From NCBI RefSeq assembly GCF_006345805.1, contig NC_042997.1, positions 47,616,001 to 47,680,000 on the forward strand: 64,000 nucleotides of DNA, written 5' to 3'. Numbering within the stretch: the first letter of the stretch is position 1; each line of letters starts with the position of its first letter. Shown here piece by piece: positions 35,267 through 49,609 of this stretch. Origin of the DNA: Octopus sinensis (taxonomy: Eukaryota). The translations under genes were made by a program, and so were the position numbers. Under the pieces are notes generated by a model. The model did no database searches and was not told the DNA's origin. It saw only the letters and a list, made by a program, of their open reading frames with translations.

Positions 35267-35580
35267 GCAGCGAGCTGCTTGAATCGTTGGTACTCTGGAC
35301 AAAATGCTTAGTGTTATTTCACACGTCGCTACGTTCTGGATTCAAATACCGCCGACGTTGACTTTGCCTTTCATCCTTTCGAATTCGATAAATTAAGTAC
35401 CAGTTGAGTCCTGGGGTCGATGCAATCGACTTACCTCCTCCCCCAATTCCAGTCCTTATGCATATATTTGAAAGGTTTATTATTATTATTGCACTGGGGT
35501 CGTTGTAATCGACTTAATCCATTTGTCTCTCTATGTTTGTACCCTCTTTGTTTAACCCCTTGTGGGTAATAAAGAAAGAA
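35267..35580 (+). mobile_element. SINE family A copy (35267-35475) followed by an isolated A2 3' half (35491-35580)
   Basis: Family A head and body, short (ATT)n, then GCACTGGGGTCG...TAACCCCTTGTGGGTAATAAAGAAAGAA. Confidence 0.85.
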
Positions 35581-36777
35581 ATTATCATTATCATTGCTGT
35601 TATTGTTTTTGTTGTTATTATTATCATTATTGTTGTTGTTAGTAGTAGTAGTAGTAATTTCTTTTTATGTTTGTAACTTATGTTTACGTAAGAATATTTC
35701 TAGGCGCACAGGGTGTTATTTATAATGCCTGCTCCTTGGTATAGACACATCTAGCCATATGTATTTATTCTAATTTATTGTGTATGTTTTTTTCTCTCCA
35801 ACTTTGTATATGCATGAATCTGAACAAGAACGCCAGAACTCATTATTCACAATACTCTCATCAAAGACCATTTCTTTACAATTTTATCAGCTGTGTTCTC
35901 ATTTTTCATTTACGAACGATGTTATTTTCCTCGTTTAATTTATTTCAATCTAGTAAATGCCTCTAGAGTGCTAACATCATTATTATAAAATATCACATGT
36001 ACCCTGAGACGTATTATTCTTTTACAGCTATAATTTCTGACCAATACCATAAAGGGTGTCAGCAGCAACTTTGATATTATTGTAGAGCCAAAATTTTCTT
36101 TGGCTTTTGTTCCAGAGTAGATAAATCAATGTCACGTTCTGAATGCATTATGGAAATACAATTTAGTTCTTAGTTTCTTAGTTGACAACCAGAAAAAATT
36201 ATCTCTTCATCTCGGGAACCCTATAGTGTATAATTCATAGCCTTATATTTCGAGTTGGTGCATAAGATCAATTGTAAACTGAAACAAATGTGTTTCATAT
36301 GATTGTTAATAGTGTGACAGGTTTTCTTTTTCTTACGAAGTTTTTCATGTCTAATAATATGTTATTTGTTTCCGACTTTCACGCTTTAAATCAATCGAAC
36401 GAAATACTCTCCAGTTCATTTGATGATGTAAAGCCACAGCAGCGATACTTTTGCATGTTATGTATAATTGGCCTTAACTTGTAAATACTATTAAAAAAAA
36501 ATTATCTCCTGTTTTACACTTAAATCCATGATTTCGCGTCACCATCCTCAACGCTGTTAGCTGATATACCAATCATTTTACAGAGACTTCTGTTCTGTCG
36601 CTCTGAAGTCTTGCATTACCAATATATTTTACTTCTATACACCTGTGTTGACTCCACTTCTACTAAGAAATATTGAATTTTCTCCCAAGCAAAAAGTTGA
36701 ATTATCTTTGAAATTAATTTTTTATTTTTTTACACTTATCTATCCGTTAGAATGAGGCTCACTAACAATCATCACAA

Positions 36778-37625
36778 ACATTTTGTTTCGTAAGTTCGTA
36801 GAACGAACCGACCTCGTCAGGCATCTAAAGAAGGATGAAGAGATGAGACAAATTTAAGGTGGCGCCTCGGTGTTAGGCCTTTATTAGTCAACAGAGTTCA
36901 CGCGGTGATATTTGTATGAAAGCTACATAATACCGCATTTCTTGAGTATCAGGTATACACAGCTATCCCCTCACGGTCTGATAGAATTACAAAGTACAAC
37001 ACGAGCACGATAGCCGATGATTTCAAGAGACGGTATACACAGCTTTTATGCACTCCTTCAAGTGTAGAGATCCCTCCAAATCTTTGTTCCACTTCACCTG
37101 GAGACACTATGAACATCTGAACGACTGATACAACATCAATACCTCACGCCGCCTTACTCACCCAGAACTCGCAATTTCCAACTCTACCTACGCGAGAAAC
37201 CATACATATTTCAAAAACCTGCAGTATCTATCAGCGGGAATAATGTACATTCGTGTTTTTCCCACTGGCAAGCCGTCCCCATACACAAGGACGGCCCCGC
37301 CAAAATTTTACCTGCTGTCGCTAGTGTTTTTTAATCCTCCAGTTACGTTAAATGTAATGAATTGATGTCGCTAAATACACCATACCACATACGTCAGACA
37401 TCACCTACAATGATCTTGTCGGAGTACCTTGCCCTGATAATAAAGTAGAGAACTGGTGTCGCTTTCAGAATAATAACACCCTGTGACCTGAGTTGACCGA
37501 TACAAGCCTAACATCTACAAGCCAGCTTTGACTTGTTTCATTTGCATCTACTCTTGAATCCTCTTGAATCCTCTTGAATCCTGATGAGAAAATTTCGTTC
37601 TACGAACTCACGTAACGTTAATTTG
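36778..37625. mobile_element. ~850-bp element bounded by inverted hammerhead-like motifs (possible Penelope-like remnant)
   Basis: 36787-36807 matches the reverse complement of 37594-37614 at 19 of 21 positions. Each end has CTGA(C/T)GA-G...TTCGTTCTACGAA...C-G(A/T)AA-C. Interior is GC-richer and ORF-like but unassigned. Confidence 0.45.
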
Positions 37626-37664
37626 CATGGAGCTTAGTGAAACTCTTATTTATATATGTTAACT

Positions 37665-37836
37665 GTCATTCCGTCGGTTACGACACCGAGGGTTCCCAGT
37701 TGATCCGATCAACAGAACAGCTTCCTTGTGAAATTGACGTGCAAGTGGCTGAGCAGTTTACAGACGCATGTACCCATAATGTAGTTCTGAGGGAGATTCA
37801 GTGTGACACAAAATGTGACAAGACTGGCTCCTTGAT
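37665..37836 (-). mobile_element. SINE tail type 2 fragment
   Basis: Reverse complement of the 20255-20437 / 9560-9726 tail. Confidence 0.8.
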
Positions 37837-37873
37837 AATAATTTTGTTTGCGCTCTCATTTGTGTATATATAT

Positions 37874-37963
<90 letters not shown>

Positions 37964-38100
37964 TATATATATATATATACCGCATTTCTCGTGTGTGTGT
38001 GTGTGTGTATGTGTATGTGTGTGTTTATGCATGCATTTATACGTACTTACGCATACACTCGTATATATGTACACGCACACATGTGTATATATATATATAT

Positions 38101-38160
<60 letters not shown>

Positions 38161-38749
38161 TGTGTATGTGTGTGTGTGTTGTATAAATACCTATGAAACT
38201 ATGCCGGCGTTTAAATGAATTTCCTAAGCACACTTTAAGTTTTAGAAGGAATTGCGTAAAATATTCCAGGCAAGTGTGTATTCAAGTATTTTGCGACCGA
38301 GTTTTGTCTTTCATGCACATTACCAAAATATTATCGAGTTATTTCAACGTAATTTCATAAAATAATAAATAAAAACTATCATCAGATTGCAGTTTAATAT
38401 TTCTATATTGATGCTCGATTTAGAATTAGAAATAGGAACAGAAGAAAATAAACAACATATGACGAAATAAAATATGGGGAAATAATGCCAAAAGGACATG
38501 GAAATTATTCTATTAAACAAAAATAACCATGTGAATAGACACATGCGCTTTTATTGATTTATTGATAATGGGATATAAAATAATCGACGGATAAAATTAT
38601 TTTCAGTAAGTCTATTAGAATTTCTGAACATCACCTTGTTCTTTTGTGTATAACAGGAAGAGGAATATATGCCTGCCAGCCATTTGTTTGCATGTAAATT
38701 ATTTGGATGCAGAGAATAAATGTATCTACTCTAGAATTGAGAGTTACTA

Positions 38750-38787
38750 CTCGTATATATATATATATATATATACATACATACATG

Positions 38788-38879
<92 letters not shown>

Positions 38880-38945
38880 AGCAATTGGCACAATGCCTTA
38901 TACTGTTTGAGGAAGGAAAATTATGTGATCGTGTTTGAGTGTGAG

Positions 38946-38997
<52 letters not shown>

Positions 38998-39020
38998 TAT
39001 ATATATATATATATATAATT
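38750..39020. repeat. (AT)n-dominated microsatellite cluster
   Basis: Direct reading. Similar clusters lie at ~37862-38180, 49431-49610, 52540-52645, 57160-57245, 57619-57750 and 59946-60000. Confidence 0.95.
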
Positions 39021-39600
39021 TGCATTGCATCTTACATCTCCTTCCATATTTTGCTAATAATGAATACTACTGTATTTATAGTGAAGAAATGATTGAATAA
39101 TCGATTAATAGCTAATAAAAGAGAATGTACACATATAAATATTTATATATGGTTAATGAAATAGAAATATCTAGTATAAGAATGTGCATCATAATTAGTA
39201 GGTTAGTAATTGACTGTCGAACTGAACTGACCAATCGAGGCCTATATTCTCTTACATAGAAGACGTTTTACAATTATTGTAAAATATCTTACTACTCAGT
39301 CTCCGAATATATGATGGTGTGGATGTGTACTGTAACTAGATTAAGTGATATATATTAAACTATGTAATGTGGAGTCGCTTCAAAATATGGCATACATATA
39401 ATATAAATATACTGAATACAACTAAATATACTGAATACTATTTTCTTCTTCTTGTACCCTCAAGGATGAATGGAGGGATAAATGGATAGATAGACAAACA
39501 GACAGACAGACGAACAGATATATATATATATATATGTATATATGTATATTATATAATATATATATATATATATATAATATATATATATATATAATGCATA

Positions 39601-39813
<213 letters not shown>

Positions 39814-42800
39814 TGTGTCGCTGAATTGGTTATAATCTAGGTGTTTCCAAAGTGTAGAAGGCCAGGAAAGTTGGGGTACTGACATGATATCAACAATACT
39901 ATTGTATTCCTTTACTCTTTCTTACTTTCTTACTCCTTTATTACATAACCGTCTGCCTTAATCCTAGCTAAGGACATAAAATAATTGAGGTAGTGATTTG
40001 AGAATTTTAATACATTGAAATTTGCCCCTATGTGTTGTAGAAGGAGATTTATACTTTCTACACTTACTTTCATAACCTTTCTTGTTATCCCCATGTATCG
40101 CGGTGAGCCGGCCAACTTAAATTCTCTATCTGCCAAACTGTTTGTTTAGAAACAACTGAAGCCAGCAGATTTGATTCATGATACAAACTAAATATTCGCC
40201 CATAAAATGGTGCTGAATTTTAAACTCCAATTGTGTTCTCACAACATAAATGACGTCGGGAGCGTAAACTATGCTTATTCTTACACGTGACTGTCATTTG
40301 CCTGTATCTGTAGTGCATCGCTGACGTTCACGTGGAAGAATTTCAGTATTTGTCGGTACATTGAAAACAACTCGGTTCTTCAGATGTGAGAATGGGGCGA
40401 ATGCGCAACTTTTCTTTAAATAGATGCCGTAGTGTTTCGCAAATGATGCTGCATTATATAACATCATTCACAAAACGCTTTGTCTGCTTATATAAATATA
40501 TTTTTAAAAAAGGTGCGGTCTTTACGAGTACTCATGATGAAACATGTAGGGCTGATGCCGACGTGTATTGAAGGAGTACTCTGTAACACCCTCCAAAGTG
40601 GTATATGCTACAAGGTGTTGTGTGCACGCCCCCATAGATATAGAGGGAGAAGTCTAGACGTCAGAGTTGAGTAGGGATCATCTGAACGTGAGATATAACA
40701 CAAGGCGAGAGATCATCACAGCATACAGTTTGTTGCTAAGGCATTTGCTTGTTGTATCACCTTTGTTCCGCTATTAGACAGTAGCAGGAGATATGCGTGG
40801 ATACACGAAATTTTTTTCCGAAATAGTGAGTGGAACTTACTTGCGACCCTAGCATTTACGCAGGAGTTATACGTTACATCATATGTGACGTTTCTGTGTC
40901 TTTTTTTTAATAATTAAGAAGGTCGATAAGTGTTGTTGGTGAGTACATATTCCCGAGTTTACTTTATTCTTGATATCAAAATTTTCAGATGAATCCACTC
41001 TTAACGAAGGCAAAATTTTGACACAAATATTTAACTTTGTTACATATAAATTCATACTTTAAAGTACATTCGGTTAAAGTACATTCGGTTATACTAGACT
41101 GGATATATTGGCAAGCATTGTATCCCTACTCATAATACAAATCCTTAATACTGAAAGGGCTATGATAATTTTCGTTTCTCTTATAATCCTATTCAGGTTT
41201 AGTTGTTTTTCTTTTTCTGCGGGTAGTTCACTTGGGAAAATTAGAATGCAAACAATTCTTGTTTCATCTTTTCAAGTTAAAGGAATTATATATGACGATT
41301 GTTGCAAATATAATTTATTCTTATTTTAAAAAGATTGTATTCTTATTTCAAAAAACATATATTACCGAATATATTCCTCTTGTGAGTGCATTAGCAACAG
41401 GAGCTTGCAAAATGGAAGTGTAAACTGCAGTTCAAAATCGGGAGAAAGTACTGTCACACAAGCTCAAAATAATATATCATATTACTTAAAATCGATGTTC
41501 AACTCAGAATAAATATATAACGTGTCAAAATATTATGTGTCAGCTCGAACAGAGATCATGTCGAAAAATGTGACAGGGTGGTGAATAACATCAGTAGTTA
41601 AGCTAAAGGGAAAAAGTCAGGTCGCGATAAATGTCAGACAACTGAAAGAGATGATTTAATGCATATATTTATGTCCCACATAAATTTTATTTCCACAAGA
41701 CAAGCAATATAGTTGGTTAAGTCAATACCATTTCGCTATCAACGTAGAGCCAAACTCATTTCATCTGATATTCGCGGTTTGACTAGCAAAATTTGTTCAC
41801 AAAATGTTTATTGCTTGAAGTATTTTTAGCAATTTGAGCAAGAAAGAATAAAAGGATAAAACCAACAATGGGCATTTCTGCACATGGCTATGGAAATTTC
41901 TCGCTTAAGACATACAATAAAATTTACCATATATAGTTCTTCAAGCAAACTATATCGATTATGCTTTCCAAAGTGCACTGATAAATAATCTAGATACCGA
42001 ATGGGAAGACGCGCATTTTATGATTTAGTACAAAATAGTATTTCATATTTATTATATTCTGCGCTATATATCCTTGAACTTATTTCATAGGCCCTTTATT
42101 GCTTTTTGATAAGAAAGGCAGACATGTGCTTGCGTACCTGGTATAAAAATGGAAATTATCTGCAATTTGAACTGATTTCATTGTATACAAATAAATATTA
42201 TATTTGCGGTAGCATATCAGATATATGATGCACGTATATCTAAATTGATAACACGTTTGTTACTTAAACTCAAGATCCTGCATTCGAACTCTATCGGTAT
42301 CAGCGGAGTCTACTGTCTATTCCTACAAATTGGGGTCAGCAGAAGTTTAAGATTCTGCAGAAGCTTATCTTACAGAGTATATCTGCAATTCAAAGGTCTG
42401 ACCTTGTTGCACACGGCTACTTCTGTTTGCAAATTACTTTAAGTTTATGCGTGTTTCTATGCAATACTCATCCGCTTAACGTTATTTCATCGGACAAATG
42501 GAGATAATACAGTTTGTATGTTTATTGTGTATGAGCGCGCGTGAATGAATGTAAATGAATAGAACATATAAACTCTCTCGTTGAATCGAAAGTATATCTA
42601 CAGGAGGTAACATACACACACACAAACACACACACACATATATATTATATTATGTAAAGTTATATATAAAGTCACTTAAGTATGACATTGAAGAATTAGT
42701 AGGGTACATAATTATTAATTTTATATTTTACTTGTAAATTCATATATAATATCATATACATTCATACATACATACAAGTATGTATGTGTGTGTGGAGTGA

Positions 42801-45800
42801 TAGAGAGGTGGGTAGGGATGTATGTGTGTGTATGTCTATTATACATTATAACTAGGAATGTTACCTTTATGCTATTTTTTTTTTGCTGTGTCTCCAGACG
42901 AATGCATGCATAATTCAGTGTATATTGTCTTTATATTGTGTGTAAGATACATCTTACTTATTGTTAAAACACTCGTAGATTACATTATCTACGTTTACAT
43001 GCGACTTGTTATTAATATTTACAAATTCAAATGCCAGAACGAACAGAAAGAAAATTACGATGTACTTCTTGTGGCCTTTGAAACCGTCTGCTCACTTTTC
43101 AATGATATATTTCAATACAGAACGTTTATCACGGCCATATTTGTAGTCAAGAGTTCCTAACGAGTTTGAGGTTGCAAGATTTTCTTTCATATCTCGTTCT
43201 GCAACAACTGATGAGATTTGGGAACACACGAATTTAATATCTATCTCTTCTCTCTGCTTATTTATTCACATTATTTTGAAGTAATTATGCATTATCTCAC
43301 AACTTTGACATTTTGACGACGTGTTTTTCTGCCCTTTGTAGTATTCATGTTTTGTGTTGCATTATTTACCCCACTAATTCTCTACAATGTAACCAAATCT
43401 TGTGATATCTATGACAATGTCTCCCATCAAAGATTTTCTCCTTTCTCCTAATTGACTCCATAAGTCCTTTGTGAGAACTTATGGCAATTTAGTGTAAATT
43501 GCCTTCACGCGCACCCACGCTTTCTCAGTTCGCTCCACCAATTGACTGTTACTCTTTACTTTCTCTAATCTTTTTCCTCCCTACTATTCTTCATGGTTTC
43601 CAAACTTGTCGTTCCAGCGCTATATCTTACAACACATTTTCTCCTCCCGTCCTAGCTTCACAGCCTTCATTTGTTTCCCAATTTACCCATCCACCAGCTT
43701 TGAAAGTGTCGGGAATAGGATGGCTTGCTGCTCCCTAAATAATCTCAACATAAGACAAGCATATATATCCATATATGTGAATACTCATTATTTACATTAT
43801 AACCATTCACACATGAAATACTGAAACAAAAGATACATACAAAGTATTACAGACACAAATATTTCCATATACACTTAATCAACATTCACACACACATAGA
43901 CATTTGCCTTAGGCACACGCACATTAAATACTCACACATGCGCACATTGAGTGCACAATACCTAACACATACACACAAACACAGATATACAATTTGTCTC
44001 TGTCAATTACCATTACAGCTCAATAAACTTTCACGCAAGGTTACTATATATTCAAAATCCATCTCTTATATATTCAAAGCAACCTTCTCACATACACATT
44101 GACAGGCAAATACACAACAGTTGACACATATACTTAATCGACCACTTCTCACCTCGTGAACATATCGACGCTGAGCACCACCTCCCACCCCTTTCCACTT
44201 TTGCGTCATTCACATTTCACGAATTTTGATACTCGCCAAGAGATTTCGGTTGATTTCAACTTTAGTTATCTGTAGGCATAATTCCTAGAATATCCTAGCA
44301 ACATAGCACATCATGTTACATAGCCCATACAAATATTATTAATTGCGCAACATATTAATCTTACTAATTTATTCAGTGATGCTGCTAGATGTGGAATAGT
44401 TGTAAATTTCTCAGACATTAACTCACTGTGTCATTTGTGAGTTTCTTTGCCTTGTATCCAAAATGAATAAATCTCAAGAAACACTTCGAAATGCTTATTT
44501 AAATAATGCATATTGGTATAGATGTCGTCTAGTACGTGTTAACATGCTTAGATAATTTTCAGTTTCCTTGCAAAAAGACATCTTTTACGAGAAAAATAAG
44601 GTTAATGTAGACTAGAAATGATACCATATCTAAAAGCACAATGTGTCAAAGGCGAATAAGATGATGAGTTGTAACTAGTATTTGCATTTTAAATTTATAT
44701 TTAAATGGCGGATGCATTTATGAACAATAGTTATATTCGACAAGAGTTCTTAATTCATGCATAAGTATGTGTTCAAATGGGTTTCTGAAGAGCAAGATTT
44801 GAAACATCGGAGACTGTTTACATCTCGTAACCTGAAGCTTTGAAGTTTGCATTCTCTTCGGAGAAATCAATTAACTACTTATTTAATCGGGTTTTAATAG
44901 GATTGAATAAACGAAAATTCGCTACATTATGTTAGCACTTGCTTTCATTTGCATAGATAGGAGGGGTTAGCACGTCTTATACAAGAGCAACAATTGAGAA
45001 CAAATTATACTTAAGATACCATAACCCATAGAAGACATTGCAGAAAATTTTCTAAGAGACATCATGACAGTGCCGTCAAAGGTGGAGTGAAAATGAGATT
45101 ATATTTACTTATGATTAACACACACACACGTATGTATATGATATAGAAAAGTTTTAGCAATTGTTAAAAAAAATTAAGTACCTCGTTTTTCTTCAAGTAG
45201 CAGTGACACTACACTTAATAAACTGCTAATTTTACTTTAATTTCAACTAGTTGAAATTAGATTGTGCTGTGACTAATTGTAAAGTCATAATTGATTTTTA
45301 CGTGCTTTGGGATTTCAAAGTCATTGATATGTACAGACAACTTCCTTTCAGATGACATTATTGAAATGTAACGAAGCTAAAATTATACAATTGAATTATT
45401 ATTATCTTTCAAGAGAATATATTTTAAGTATACTGGCAAAAGAAAATACTTTCTCTCTTAAATTACAGTCTCACTAATCAGTTGTATTCTCTTTAGATTT
45501 TTATTTCACATTTTAACGTGTAAAATTCAGTCAAATGTTTGTAGACAAAAACTTGAAACCATGATGTAAAAATCAACAAAGCCCGTTTTTAACTCATTCC
45601 ACTTTTAGTGTGGAATTGCTGGACCACATTTCTGTTTGTAGTGTGGAATAATAATGATGCATTTTGACCGGAGATGTGGGTATACATCTATATGCAGCGT
45701 CATAAATGAGGGTTATATAAAAAAAAATAAGGAAAAGATTAATATAATTTTCTCATCGTATATGTGCAATCACAGACATATACATACATACGCACGCACA

Positions 45801-45996
45801 CACACACATATACGAGCGCGCGCACACACACACATACACATATCTTTAAATTCGTTTTTGGCAACGTTAAGTGTATGCAAATAAAGTTTCTATTTCATTA
45901 TGTCGGCTATCGTCTAATGATACTGACTAGTGAATCAGTTTTAGGGGTTGCATCATGGTTATAACGATATAATGTAGGATAAATATAATAATAACA

Positions 45997-46270
45997 ATAA
46001 TTCTAGGATAGAATTTATAATTGTTTAATACACCGCTACGCGCGTTTCTACAAGTCAGATGACTTTAACATCATACTCCGCGTCCTTCGGATGAGAACTG
46101 TATAGTCCACCTGACGAAAGGATTCAATGATGAGCAACTGGATGCCCACAGATACTACGTACTATACTGTACTCATCTCAAGAATACGGACTCTGATGCT
46201 AAAACCATGTGATTTGTGGAAACGCGCGTAGCGATGTATTAGATATTTATAAATTACATCCTAGAATTAT
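45997..46270. repeat. Inverted-repeat element (~70-bp arms) with GAAACGCGCGTAGCG in both arms
   Basis: ATAATTCTAGG...TAATACACCGCTACGCGCGTTTCTACAAGTCA mirrors TGATTTGTGGAAACGCGCGTAGCGATGTATTA...CCTAGAATTAT. Confidence 0.8.
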
Positions 46271-46618
46271 CACAGAGGGAGAGAGAGAGATGCATTGAGA
46301 GAGACTAGCAAAACTGGGACATTGATTTCTAGGTAAATAGATACAAGGGTAAAATCAGTCAGGTTCATTTTCAAACATAAGTGAAGTATGGACAGTCAAT
46401 TTCATGCGCACTAATAAAGGGCTCATTTCATCCTTACCTCACATCAACGTATCAAATTAAATACTTCTTACTTTATACGAATATAGAGAGATAGACGCTT
46501 TATATCTTAGAGGGGTATGGTGATGCAAAGAGGAAAAATAAAACTCAAATTACGAGTAAATGTATATTTGTATTAGAAGTCAAGGGCCGAAAGTTTCATG
46601 CGTTGGCACAGGTGCCTG

Positions 46619-46696
<78 letters not shown>

Positions 46697-47822
46697 CTGT
46701 CTGGCTCTCCTTCTCTCTCTCTGTCTCCATATACATATATGTATATATAAAAAGAGAGGAGAGATAAATAGATATTGGTATATACCATCTTATACATATA
46801 TGTAGATGAGTGAGTTTATTTGTATACGCATGTATAAGACTGTATATTGTTATATGTTTGGGTCTGGACCAATATAAACATTTTTTAAATATTACTGTGT
46901 GAGTATGACTCCATCAACATAATTCTTTTCTTTTTTTTCTTTGTTCATAATTTTATTTTCTCATATTCCATTTCTTCTGTTCGGTCTTGACGTGAAGTTT
47001 TCTTTGAGGAGATAATTCTATTATTACAAACATTTCGTGCAAGATCAGTTTTGCAAATTGATATAAGAATAAAGTCACAAAACTTTAGCTAAAAATGAAA
47101 AGAATATAAGAATATAATACAAAATTTCTTTAACGTGTTTATGTGATAGTGAGATAGATTGGAAATGAACTCTTTCTTGATGATAGGGAAAAAAAATAAG
47201 ACATAAAATGCCGTATATATATATATATTTATATATATATATATATATGTATATGCGTGCCTGTCTATGCATGTGTATGTATATACATGTGTCTATCGGT
47301 CTGTGTGGTGGGGATATCACACAAACAAAGAAGAATGTTATCAAGCTGTGAGTAAGATTATGAGAGCAAGAAATAATTAAATTAAAAGTATAATATGAAC
47401 TAGAATTAAATAAAATTCCAATATAGTTTCATGAGGTGTTTTGACGCCAAAATTTTGTATGATATTCCTATGGTATTTATGAACTTCATGTCATCAAAAT
47501 ATTTCTTCTTTAGATGATGTTACGCTAATAGAGTAACAGAAGTGCCACCAATAGCTACGTTTTAAAGCTTACAACAACAACAACAACAACCAGAACAACA
47601 ACATCAGTGATACTAATTTCGAAAATAAAATTAACACGACATATCATAATAACACGTGATGACGTCGTTAAAAATACTCACTAATATTAATATAAAGATT
47701 CTTTGGATAATTTTAAAGAGCATTGCGTAATAAAATATGCTTAACGAATAATGATTTCAAGAAGAGGAAGATGAAGAGGAATAAACTGAAGTAGAATGAT
47801 GATGGTGGTTTCTTTTATAACG

Positions 47823-47919
47823 CCGCCGCCACCACCGCCTTCCCAACCACCAACAACAAAACAACAGCAGTAGCAGCAGCAGCAGCAGTAATAGTAGTAG
47901 TAAGAATGATAATAACAAC

Positions 47920-47988
<69 letters not shown>
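47823..47988. repeat. Compound triplet repeat (GCC/ACC/AAC/AGC/TAG/AAT)
   Basis: Direct reading; progressive motif transitions. Confidence 0.9.
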
Positions 47989-47989
<1 letters not shown>

Positions 47990-48423
47990 TTCCATTACTA
48001 ATGTAAATAAAATTTCACCTCTTTGCATGTTATGTTAAAAGATTTACTGTTTTCGAAATTAAGAATTAATTAAAAAAAAATATTTTTACATTTTTCTTAG
48101 ACGCCATCTGTCTGACAATTATGAAGTTGAGTGTGTAAGAGCATTTGAAGATTCATATATTTTAAAAGCCAAAGTTTTTAAGAATTTGAAAAACTGTATT
48201 CAAGTCTTCTGTATCACATTAATTTTTAAGACAAGAGGTATACGTTTTAGTAATTTTATATAATGACTGTGGGCAACAATAAGGTTGAAGTGCTTTTCTG
48301 GTTAAACATTAAGAGGTAATGACTTGTCAGTGCAGCCTCTACTTTAAAAAAGATTGCGAGTCACTAACAAGCCAGTACGACCGAACAGCTCTTAAACCGC
48401 AATGGCTTCTTGCTTTGGCTACC

Positions 48424-48642
48424 TATTTCTTTACTACCCACAAGGGGGCTAAACACAGAGGGGGCAAACAAGGATAGACAAACGGATTAAGTCGATTACA
48501 TCGACCCCAGTGCGTGACTGGTACTTAATTTATCGACCCCGAAGGTTGAAAGGCAAAGTTGATCTCGGCGGAATTTGAACTCAGAACGTAACGGCAGACG
48601 AAATACGGCTACGCTCTTCTCCCAGTTTGCTAACGTTTCTGC
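48424..48642 (-). mobile_element. SINE family A, tail A2
   Basis: 3' junction reads AAAGAAATA|GGTAGCC on the minus strand. Confidence 0.88.
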
Positions 48643-48739
48643 CCTCAGCTGTCCTACTTTGACCCAGCAGAAATTAGAGTATATGACAGCTGTAGAGATT
48701 GAAACAAGGTCGCATCAGTCATCGGCTGGTGTTTGTTTT

Positions 48740-48870
48740 CAAATGATCAAACTAGAGAAGCAGGGAGCGAAGTACCTTGCTCAAGGCCACAACGTAGCGC
48801 CTAGTCCTGAAATCGAAATCACAACATTGTGACTATGAGATCAATACTCTAAAAATTGAACCTTGTGCAT
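48740..48870 (-). mobile_element. Degraded CORE-like SINE fragment
   Basis: Minus strand GATTTCGATTTCAGG...GTTGTGGCCTTGAGCAAGGTACTTC. Confidence 0.55.
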
Positions 48871-49494
48871 TCAGTCCCATTAAATCTATGCAAAATTTAA
48901 AAAAATAGTCTAACCGTTTATGTTTTTACTTCTTTCAGTCAGAGGACTGTATCAATGGTCGGGTACCATCTTAAAGGCTCTAGTTCATGAAATCTATTCT
49001 AGTAGATATTTTGATAGTAGTTGCTTATTGTGATTGTCTTGTTTGCTATTTGCAAATTCTATATTCGTGTAATCGAGATACGTTGTCTTCTCTCTATCAT
49101 TTTTTTTTTCATATACCCTTTCGTTGAAGAGCATATGCTCGAAACGTTAAAAACTTCTTCAAATTTTCCTGAGCTTCAACCTAATACGCCCTATTGTGTT
49201 TGCTGATTTTACCTCACCTTAGTGTTTTACATTTTTAAAGTATTTTTGTAACATATTTGCAAAGATGTAGACAAATCAAAATGCTTGTCAAAATCTTATA
49301 CACTAAAGGAGAGAAATATGAGCGGCATAATCTTATACTTCAGAAGGTGGCACACCCTCAGCATAGTATAGTTTCTGGTTCAATCCCTTTCCAGCTGCCA
49401 AAGACCTTATGTGCAGAAAATGTGCGGAAGCCTATATATATATATATAATATATATATATATATATTATATATATATATTATATATATATATAT

Positions 49495-49528
<34 letters not shown>

Positions 49529-49570
49529 TATATACATTTATAAGTATATATATATATATGTATATACATT

Positions 49571-49609
<39 letters not shown>

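Noticed and set aside
34734-35361. Overlapping 149-182-aa ORFs with poly-L/F/S/R/K/N/Y runs
   Set aside because: Translations of the (CTT)n-(ATT)n microsatellite; the same applies to all YIYI, CVCV, HTHT and LSIY ORFs.
39984-40005. let-7-like TGAGGTAGTG
   Set aside because: Only 9 nt match and there is no precursor hairpin.
42270-42510. Open frame DPAFELYRYQRSLLSIPTNWGQQKF...
   Set aside because: Weak acceptor, no clear donor, peptide not recognised; a frame of this length is expected by chance.
43458-43503. Two adjacent hairpins (CCATAAGT/ACTTATGG and GGCAATTTA/TAAATTGCC)
   Set aside because: Short, no ribozyme or other known core, single occurrence; may be chance.
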